Shown here piece by piece: positions 1 to 5,103 of a stretch of DNA of 6,862 bases. Source of the stretch: a virus. The notes beneath the pieces were generated by a model that had not been told where the DNA came from, ran no database searches, and saw only the letters and a program-made list of their open reading frames with translations. The position numbers were made by a program, and so were the translations under genes. The stretch's first letter is position 1. The number at the start of each line of letters is the position of its first letter. The stretch is from the IMG/VR virus record IMGVR_UViG_3300000268_000080, positions 1 to 6,862 of that record, one strand, 5' to 3'.

Positions 1-99
1 AATAAAAATGAATTACATGGTTTGGTATTTCTTCATTTTTGGATTTGTAGCTCACATGTACTTCATTTACCGAATTATTAGAAGGATTCAGCGCAATGG
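1..99. repeat. Terminal direct repeat, copy A (identical to 6764-6862); marks circular closure of a 6,763-nt genome
   Basis: Base-by-base comparison: nt 1-99 (aataaaaatgaattacatgg...gcgcaatgg) are identical to nt 6764-6862, offset 6763. Confidence 0.95.
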
Positions 100-130
100 C
101 TTACGTTTGCGAATCGTTAGAGATTATTAA
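8..130 (+). CDS. 40-aa small hydrophobic protein; positional analogue of the pVII/pIX minor coat class
   Basis: ATG 8 to TAA 128-130, below the ORF-track size cutoff. Translation: MNYMVWYFFIFGFVAHMYFIYRIIRRIQRNGLRLRIVRDY, a hydrophobic N-half with a basic C-tail. In the circular molecule AAGGA (6757-6761) lies 9 nt upstream of the ATG (6771). It sits between the ssb-like gene and the major coat gene, as gVII/gIX do in Ff phages. Confidence 0.5.
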   Translation: MNYMVWYFFIFGFVAHMYFIYRIIRRIQRNGLRLRIVRDY

Positions 131-284
131 TGGCGTTCAAACGTGTGCTAACTGGGTTCTTCAAAACTCAATTCTGCCCGTATTGACTCTTGAACAAGCA
201 TCCATGCTTGGGGGTTCTTACTGGTTTGTCCTTGTCGTAGCAAAGGGCTTTAGAGAATTAGGCTACATGATAAAAAAACATTAA
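96..284 (+). CDS. 62-aa small protein with a C-terminal hydrophobic segment; second pVII/pIX-position minor virion protein candidate
   Basis: ORF-track ORF. AAGGA (82-86) lies 9 nt upstream of ATG 96. It has a hydrophobic GGSYWFVLVVAKGF segment and a basic end (IKKH). It overlaps the preceding 40-aa ORF by 35 nt in another frame and lies directly upstream of the major coat gene. Confidence 0.55.
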   Translation: MAYVCESLEIINGVQTCANWVLQNSILPVLTLEQASMLGGSYWFVLVVAKGFRELGYMIKKH

Positions 285-306
285 CCCAAACATTAGGAGA
301 TTTCTC

Positions 307-582
307 ATGGGTCAATATTTAACTCCAGAAGTAAAGCAAGAAATTAAAAACCAAACTGCTCATATGTCTTTCTTTGAGCGTAATCAAGCTCGCTTTGCTG
401 TCGCAACTCTTTTAAGTCTTGGTGCTGTTGGTTCTGCCAATGCTGCTATGCCTGACATTGATACTGCTGACATTCTTACTTATATCGGCTTGCTTGTAGC
501 TGCTGTTGCAACTGTCGGTTCTGCCTTTTTGATGGTTTATCTTGCAGCAAAAGGAATCAAAGCTATTCGAGCTGCGTTCTAA
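307..582 (+). CDS. Major coat protein precursor (pVIII-like)
   Basis: AGGAG (295-299) lies 7 nt upstream of ATG 307. The signal-peptide end is ...LSLGAVGSANA|AMPD. The predicted 45-aa mature peptide is AMPDIDTADILTYIGLLVAAVATVGSAFLMVYLAAKGIKAIRAAF. It has an acidic N-terminus (3 Asp), a hydrophobic core and a basic C-terminus (K,K,R), the hallmark of inovirus major coat proteins. Confidence 0.85.
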   Translation: MGQYLTPEVKQEIKNQTAHMSFFERNQARFAVATLLSLGAVGSANAAMPDIDTADILTYIGLLVAAVATVGSAFLMVYLAAKGIKAIRAAF

Positions 583-591
583 TCAATCAAT

Positions 592-669
592 CATAAGCGC
601 ACCTGCTAAAACAAAGTAGCGCAGCGAGGGCGCGCAGCGAGCAACTTTTTTTAGCGGGGGTGCATTATG
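592..669. other. GC-rich island forming a long imperfect hairpin; candidate post-coat-gene terminator and/or ssDNA structural element
   Basis: Nested complementary arms: CATAA 592-596 / TTATG 665-669; GCACC 599-603 / GGTGC 659-663; GCTAAAA 605-611 / TTTTAGC 649-655. The core has a tandem direct repeat GCGCAGCGAG (619-628, 632-641). An inner GC hairpin pairs 620-622/637-639 and 624-626/633-635, followed by T7 (646-652). Local GC content is far above the rest of the genome. Confidence 0.45.
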
Positions 670-742
670 GCTGAAATTTTTCCTTACTTCGTCCTACTCT
701 TATTTGTTGTAACTGGCAACATTCTTTTTAAGTGAGCTGGTT

Positions 743-2410
743 ATGAGATTTTTTAAATATTTATTTTTTTCATTTTTTCTTTTCTTTTCTCTTAATGTTC
801 ATGCTGTTCAGCAGTGTTCTTATATTGTTGAATCCTATGGTTCACACGCCAGAACGGCAACTGATAGTATTTCTGCTGCATGTTCCGCTGCCAAGCAAAG
901 ATATAGCGAGGCTTATCATGCTAGTTGTGGAGTTCCTGCGGGTTCTACTCAAATTTGGATGGGTGATATCGTTATTGGTTATACCTCATGCCAAGAGGTT
1001 AAATGTACCGCCGGTGAAACCGCATTCTTAGACGGTTATATTACTTCTCAATCTGCTTTTGCTCCTACATCTGTTTGTTATTCCGGTTGTACTTATTCAA
1101 ATGAATCCGGTGGTACTGCTTTTGATACTCCAAATGGTAATTTGTCTTGGGGCTTTGATGCCAAAAAAACCGGTGCAACCTGTTCCACTGATACTCCAAA
1201 AGGTGAAGATAAACCCAATGGTGACGGCACTGGTGGCGATGGTGGTGACGGTGGCGGTGGTGATACTGGCGGTGGTGGCTCTGATGGTGGCTGTACTGAA
1301 ACTGGTTCAACTGCTAACTGTAATGGCGGTTCAGGTGGTGGCGGTGGCGCAGGTGCCGGAGGTGGTGCAGGCGGTGGCGGTGGTGGCTCTGGTGGTAAGG
1401 GCGGTGATGGTGGCGTAGGTGGTGCAGGCGGCCAAGGTGGAAAGGGCGGTGATGTAACTATCAATATGACTCCAGTGGTTAATGCTGTTAATAATATGTC
1501 TTCTGCTATTGTTAATAAATTAACTTCTGTTTCATCCCAGATTACTAGTGCTATCAGTGACATGAAAACATCAATTACTGATGCTATAGGTATTACAAAT
1601 TCAAAAGTACAAGCCGTAAAAGATGAAGTTGCTGCACAGGGACAACAAACCCGTTCTGAAATTGCAAAAAATACTGCTGCTGTAAACTCTGTAAAACAAT
1701 CAGTTGATGCCAATACTGAAGCTGTTAACGACATGAAATCTGCTGTTAATCAGCAAACAAAAGCCATTAATGATGTAAAAGCTTCTGTTGATGCTAATAC
1801 AACTGCTATTGGTGCTGTTAAATCTGCTGTTGATTCGGTTAAATCTGCCGTTGATGCTGTTGCCTCTAAAATAGATAAAGCTGCTGCTGATACAGTCGAA
1901 GCTGTTAATGCCAGTGCCAATAAAATCACTTCCGCAATCTCTGCCGATGGCAATGCTACCCGTCAAGCAATTAATGCTGATGGTGATGCAACCCGTAAAA
2001 CAATGACTGAACAGGGCGATGCAACCCGATCTGCAATCAATGCCAATGGTCAAAAAATCACGGATGCTGTTAAAGAAAATACAGAAGAAACAAAAAACAC
2101 CAATTCACTTCTTGAAGATTTAAAAGAATGGCTCACTGGTGAAGAACATTCAGAAAATTCTGATGGTGTTATTGATGTTGTAGAGCAAAATGTTGATATG
2201 AATCTTCGTTCTGACCATCTTAACGCTAATGCTTCATGTCCTGCGCCTTTACAGATTCCAATTAAACTATTTCAAACTCATACCATTGAATATAAATATG
2301 ACACTTTTTGTTGGGCTGCTTCTGTAGCTCGGCCTTGGATTATTTTCGTTGGAATGCTCGTCGCTTTCCTTATTGTTACTGGTCAATACAGGGGTGGTGC
2401 AAGTGATTAA
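743..2410 (+). CDS. pIII-like minor coat / host-adsorption protein (555 aa)
   Basis: Signal peptide MRFFKYLFFSFFLFFSLNVHA|VQQ. An 8-Cys N-terminal domain is followed by a long Gly-rich linker (aa 160-237). A C-terminal hydrophobic anchor (PWIIFVGMLVAFLIVTG) sits near the end. It is the largest ORF and lies between the major coat and pVI-like genes, the canonical gene III position. Confidence 0.8.
   Translation: MRFFKYLFFSFFLFFSLNVHAVQQCSYIVESYGSHARTATDSISAACSAAKQRYSEAYHASCGVPAGSTQIWMGDIVIGYTSCQEVKCTAGETAFLDGYITSQSAFAPTSVCYSGCTYSNESGGTAFDTPNGNLSWGFDAKKTGATCSTDTPKGEDKPNGDGTGGDGGDGGGGDTGGGGSDGGCTETGSTANCNGGSGGGGGAGAGGGAGGGGGGSGGKGGDGGVGGAGGQGGKGGDVTINMTPVVNAVNNMSSAIVNKLTSVSSQITSAISDMKTSITDAIGITNSKVQAVKDEVAAQGQQTRSEIAKNTAAVNSVKQSVDANTEAVNDMKSAVNQQTKAINDVKASVDANTTAIGAVKSAVDSVKSAVDAVASKIDKAAADTVEAVNASANKITSAISADGNATRQAINADGDATRKTMTEQGDATRSAINANGQKITDAVKENTEETKNTNSLLEDLKEWLTGEEHSENSDGVIDVVEQNVDMNLRSDHLNANASCPAPLQIPIKLFQTHTIEYKYDTFCWAASVARPWIIFVGMLVAFLIVTGQYRGGASD
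1220..1453 (+). repeat. Low-complexity GGT/GGC-rich coding tract (Gly linker of pIII)
   Basis: It encodes GDGTGGDGGDGGGGDTGGGGSDGG...GGSGGGGGAGAGGGAGGGGGGSGGKGGDGGVGGAGGQGGKGGD. Its antisense reading creates the spurious Pro-rich 213-aa ORF in the track. Confidence 0.9.
1943..2074 (+). repeat. Four tandem 33-nt (11-codon) units inside pIII
   Basis: In-frame units are ADGNATRQAIN / ADGDATRKTMT / EQGDATRSAIN / ANGQKITDAVK. GATGCAACCCG recurs in units 2 and 3. A further 21-nt tandem (GTTAAATCTGC[T/C]GTTGAT) lies at 1817-1855. Confidence 0.85.
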
Positions 2411-2678
2411 AGTTCTTCTTATTGTCCTAAACATATTTCTTTCTAGTGGCGTTAAAAGACTTCTTACTGGTGCGGGTCTTGGTCTTGGCACTTTTGTTGT
2501 TTCACAAACAATGTTTTCTAGTCTTTTAGGTCATGTCAAAAATAATTTTGGTGCTCTTGGTGACATCTTTTGGTTGATCTCTCTTTCCGGCCTTGATGTT
2601 GCGCTTAGTTTAGTAATTTCAGGCATTTCAATACGTCTAACAATGAATGCCGGTAAAATATCATTGAGGAAATTATAA
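2403..2678 (+). CDS. pVI/Ace-like small integral membrane virion protein (~91 aa)
   Basis: The frame is open from 2349, but the GTG at 2403 has AGGGG (2390-2394) 8 nt upstream. That GTG overlaps the pIII stop (GTGATTAA), suggesting translational coupling. The product is very hydrophobic with 2-3 predicted TM segments (VIKVLLIVLNIFL..., GLGLGTFVV..., DIFWLISLSGLDVALSLVISGISI) and a basic tail. It lies between the pIII-like and pI-like genes, the gene VI / ace position. Confidence 0.7.
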   Translation: MIKVLLIVLNIFLSSGVKRLLTGAGLGLGTFVVSQTMFSSLLGHVKNNFGALGDIFWLISLSGLDVALSLVISGISIRLTMNAGKISLRKL

Positions 2679-2679
2679 A

Positions 2680-4227
2680 ATGTTATATGCAATTATTGGC
2701 AAGCCTGGACAAGGTAAATCATATTTTGCTGTTACTAAAATGTATGAACAGCAAGAATTAAATAATCATAATATTCAAAAGAATGTAGAAATCCATTTTG
2801 AAAATAAAGCCATTTTAAAAGATCGTGGTATTGATCTTGATACTCGTACAGAATTTACTTTTCCCCGTGAATCAAAAGAAGATGATCAAACCGTTATTCG
2901 TGATTTTACCTTTAGATTGAATCATTTCTTGAAAATTGAAGATGAAGAACAGTTTGAAGATTATTTTGAAATGTATCTTCTCTACAATGATTTTATAAAA
3001 CACATTAATTCTGTTCATGGCATTACTTTGGCTTTCCTCCTTCCAGTACGCCAAATTTATTCTGATATTAACGGCCTTAAAATCAATGGAATTAAATTTG
3101 CACCGCGTGACTGGAGAGAAACCCCATTGGGTTCAATTCTCTATATTGATGAGATCCGCAGAAAACCGCCTTATAACTATGATGGAAACCGACCTTCTAC
3201 CGATCCAATCATTTTAGGTATGTCTGAGGTTCGGCATTCCGATAAAGATGTTTATTTGATTTCACAGGACGCAGAAGATTTAAATAAATCCCTTCGTCAA
3301 TTGGTTGATAAAATGTATTTTATCAAACGTCCTCCTCAGAATGTTGCAGCTTGTGCTATTTATACCTTTGACCAGTGGATTGGTCGTCCTCGTGCTGCTG
3401 CTGATTCAAAACGTGAACCTAAAAAATACGTAGATCATCAAATTCTTACTTATAAGAAAAAGTATTTCGCGCTTTATAAATCTGCTTCTAGTCACGTTTC
3501 TATGAAACGCTCTATTAGTTGGAAAGTCTTTGCTTGGATACTCTTTTTTATTCTTCTTGTATTAGGTGTATTGGTTGGCCTTGCTAAGATTCCAATTTTT
3601 CAATACTTCGGTTCTGCTATTTCTCAAATGACTGGTAGTGAATCAAATAGCCTTGAAGGTTTAAAAGGTGCGCCTATTCCTGACGCTTCTAAAAATCCTG
3701 AGATTCAAAATAAGGTCAATTCTTGTATGGAACAATTCGGTTGGACTGAACAACAATGTTTAGAGGCTGCCGATCCAACTGTACGTGACCAACGTCATGA
3801 AGAATTACAGCAACAAACTAGAAATGATATGGAAACAATTGTCTTTGATTACAACCCATCAAAACCTTTTAATGATATGTCTACAATGATTTCTTATGAG
3901 CCGACTGCAAAACCTGTCTTTAGTGGTTGTATGAAAAAACATGGCCGTTATGTTGCTTATACCCAGCAAGGAACTATTTTAAAAAATGTTTCTCAAGATG
4001 ATTGCAGACGTATCATAGAGCAGGGTGATAGACCGTTTAATTATTTCCAACAACCACAACAACAGGTTCAACAACCACCAACACAACAAGAAAATCCCGC
4101 TTATCAGAAGTCTTATCTTGAAAATCTTGCTCGTTTAGATGCTCAAGCTGCTCATTCTAGTAGTCAACAGAGGGAACGGAGTGTTCCCGAACAACAGTTA
4201 TCTAATCCTGAAACTTCTTCTCTCTGA
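2680..4227 (+). CDS. pI / Zot-family morphogenesis (assembly) ATPase, 515 aa
   Basis: N-terminal P-loop MLYAIIGKPGQGKS (Walker A, nt 2698-2721) and Walker-B-like ILYIDE. A single TM segment, WKVFAWILFFILLVLGVLVGLA, is encoded at nt 3520-3585. GAGGA (2666-2670) lies upstream, and ATG 2680 follows the upstream stop by 1 nt. The gene order matches gene I / zot. Confidence 0.9.
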   Translation: MLYAIIGKPGQGKSYFAVTKMYEQQELNNHNIQKNVEIHFENKAILKDRGIDLDTRTEFTFPRESKEDDQTVIRDFTFRLNHFLKIEDEEQFEDYFEMYLLYNDFIKHINSVHGITLAFLLPVRQIYSDINGLKINGIKFAPRDWRETPLGSILYIDEIRRKPPYNYDGNRPSTDPIILGMSEVRHSDKDVYLISQDAEDLNKSLRQLVDKMYFIKRPPQNVAACAIYTFDQWIGRPRAAADSKREPKKYVDHQILTYKKKYFALYKSASSHVSMKRSISWKVFAWILFFILLVLGVLVGLAKIPIFQYFGSAISQMTGSESNSLEGLKGAPIPDASKNPEIQNKVNSCMEQFGWTEQQCLEAADPTVRDQRHEELQQQTRNDMETIVFDYNPSKPFNDMSTMISYEPTAKPVFSGCMKKHGRYVAYTQQGTILKNVSQDDCRRIIEQGDRPFNYFQQPQQQVQQPPTQQENPAYQKSYLENLARLDAQAAHSSSQQRERSVPEQQLSNPETSSL

Positions 4228-4302
4228 TTACAGGCTCCCATTTGATTTAGATCGGGAGATACAGAGCATCCCGAATGGGTGCGAACTTTGTGAGGTGAAT
4301 TA

Positions 4303-4404
4303 ATGAGATCAGATAATATTCGATGTACTTTATGTGGCAAGATTATTCAAAAGCGTTTTATGGTTTCTCATCTTTTGAAATATCACCCTTTTTATACTTT
4401 TTAA
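4303..4404 (+). CDS. 33-aa micro-ORF with a C2H2-like zinc-knuckle spacing
   Basis: GAGGTGA (4292-4298) lies just upstream of ATG 4303, and the stop is TAA 4402-4404. Translation: MRSDNIRCTLCGKIIQKRFMVSHLLKYHPFYTF, which gives C-x2-C-x11-H-x4-H. It is too short for the ORF track. Confidence 0.4.
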   Translation: MRSDNIRCTLCGKIIQKRFMVSHLLKYHPFYTF

Positions 4405-4415
4405 TGATTTTAGTA

Positions 4416-4443
4416 TTGCTTAAATCATGATTTATGATATATT
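4416..4443 (+). promoter_or_regulatory. Sigma70-like promoter for the 105-aa orphan gene
   Basis: -35 TTGCTT (4416-4421), 16-bp spacer, extended -10 TGaTATATT (4435-4443). It lies about 30 nt upstream of ATG 4473. Confidence 0.5.
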
Positions 4444-4480
4444 TAAATCATGAATTAAATAGGAGATAAATCATGATTCA
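4421..4480. promoter_or_regulatory. Three 14-bp palindromic operator-like boxes (TAAATCATGATTTA family) at 23-bp spacing
   Basis: Box 1 is 4421-4434, TAAATCATGATTTA, a perfect palindrome that fills the -35/-10 spacer. Box 2 is 4444-4457, TAAATCATGAATTA (13/14), just downstream of the -10. Box 3 is 4467-4480, TAAATCATGATTCA (13/14), and contains the ATG of the 4473 ORF. Centre-to-centre spacing is exactly 23 bp twice. Confidence 0.6.
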
Positions 4481-4790
4481 TAAAAAAATGACTGTTGGCG
4501 CTGCAATTGAATATCTACAGACAACTAAATGGTCTGAAACTGTCTATCAGGTTGTTGAGGTTTCTGATATGTCAAAATTAGATGATGAAGGAATCCCTAT
4601 AGAAGATAAGTATCAAGTTGTTGTTTATCTCGAAGATGTTTCTGATCCTGATTATTGTGTTCAGATTCATTTTGTAAAGGCTCGTGATGGATCACCTTTT
4701 TATTTTCGTTCTTTGGATCGTGTTTTTAATGATATTTTGTTTAAACGTGATTCTACTTTGAAGATGTTAGGAAATCGTCTACCTTTTTAA
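4473..4790 (+). CDS. Hypothetical 105-aa soluble, mildly acidic protein (orphan cargo gene)
   Basis: AGGAG (4461-4465) lies 7 nt upstream of ATG 4473. There is no TM segment and no motif I recognise. I count 17 D/E versus 13 K/R. It has its own promoter and operator array. Confidence 0.75.
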   Translation: MIHKKMTVGAAIEYLQTTKWSETVYQVVEVSDMSKLDDEGIPIEDKYQVVVYLEDVSDPDYCVQIHFVKARDGSPFYFRSLDRVFNDILFKRDSTLKMLGNRLPF

Positions 4791-4805
4791 TTACTGGAGA
4801 GATCA

Positions 4806-4898
4806 ATGATTGATAGGGTTCGTTTAGTTGGTTATGTGCTTGGCATGTTTTTAATGTTTTTGATGTTATGTCTTTTCGAGTATTTAAAAATTCTATAA
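4806..4898 (+). CDS. 30-aa single-TM micropeptide
   Basis: TGGAGAGATCA (4795-4805) immediately precedes ATG 4806. Translation: MIDRVRLVGYVLGMFLMFLMLCLFEYLKIL, ending at TAA 4896-4898. Confidence 0.4.
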   Translation: MIDRVRLVGYVLGMFLMFLMLCLFEYLKIL

Positions 4899-4917
4899 AT
4901 TTTCATTGGAGAGATCA

Positions 4918-5007
4918 GTGGGTAATTGCTTTATGTGTGGGATCGTTAAACTACAACTTATTATTGCTTTGATTATAGGTGTATTTTATTGGGTTTTTTC
5001 TTATTAG
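4918..5007 (+). CDS. 29-aa single-TM micropeptide (GTG start)
   Basis: The identical 11-nt TGGAGAGATCA (4907-4917) immediately precedes GTG 4918. Translation: (M)GNCFMCGIVKLQLIIALIIGVFYWVFSY, ending at TAG 5005-5007. An alternative internal ATG lies at 4933. Confidence 0.35.
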   Translation: MGNCFMCGIVKLQLIIALIIGVFYWVFSY

Positions 5008-5041
5008 GCTGATTTCTTGTAGTTTCAATTTTTGTAATATG

Positions 5042-5069
5042 TTTACAGGTTTACTTTTGTATGTATAAT
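5042..5069 (+). promoter_or_regulatory. Sigma70-like promoter upstream of rep
   Basis: -35 TTTACA (5042-5047), 16-bp spacer, consensus -10 TATAAT (5064-5069). Confidence 0.45.
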
Positions 5070-5073
5070 AAAA

Positions 5074-5103
5074 AAGCCTAAAGAATTGGCGTTCTTTAGG
5101 CTT
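5074..5103. other. Perfect 12-bp stem / 6-nt loop hairpin: candidate (+)-origin or packaging hairpin; in - orientation it looks like an intrinsic terminator
   Basis: AAGCCTAAAGAA (5074-5085) pairs perfectly with TTCTTTAGGCTT (5092-5103); the loop is TTGGCG. CGTTCTTTA (5090-5098) is identical to 9 nt of the f1 (+)-origin nick region (..CACGTTCTTT^AATAGTGG..). On the - strand the stem is followed by TTTTTTATTATA. Confidence 0.5.

Noticed and set aside
1093-1734. 213-aa minus-strand ORF, extremely Pro-rich (PPPPPAPPPAPAPPPPPEPP...)
   Set aside because: It is the antisense reading of the GGT/GGC Gly-linker and Ala/Val-rich repeats of pIII. It has no SD and its low-complexity composition is a strand-mirror artefact.
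795-2053. Other track ORFs nested in the pIII gene (795-1031 +, 1059-1418 +, 1065-1310 -, 1700-2053 -, 1750-1953 -)
   Set aside because: These are alternative-frame or antisense shadows of a long, well-supported ORF. Their compositions are biased (His/Arg or Ile/Asn/Ser-rich) and none has a ribosome-binding site.
2267-3217. Track ORFs 2267-2491 (-), 2872-3054 (-) and 3017-3217 (+), plus the longer 2349 start for the pVI-like gene
   Set aside because: The first three lie inside or antisense to the pIII, pVI-like and pI genes and have no SD. ATG 2349 lies deep inside the pIII C-terminal anchor coding region and lacks an SD, whereas GTG 2403 has AGGGG upstream and overlaps the pIII stop.
4235-4282. 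Two short GC-containing hairpins after the zot stop: CTCCC/GGGAG (4235-4239/4254-4258), and GCAtCCC-GAAT-GGGTGC (4266-4282)
   Set aside because: The stems are short (5-6 bp, one bulged, one with a 14-nt loop) and neither is followed by a T-run. I do not call them terminators. They remain possible ssDNA structural or packaging elements but are unsupported.
4421-4480. Possible Fur-box reading of the AT-rich AATCAT/TGAT-containing palindromes
   Set aside because: I could not align any of the three boxes to the 19-bp GATAATGATAATCATTATC consensus beyond scattered positions. The 14-bp self-palindrome with 23-bp phasing is a sufficient description.
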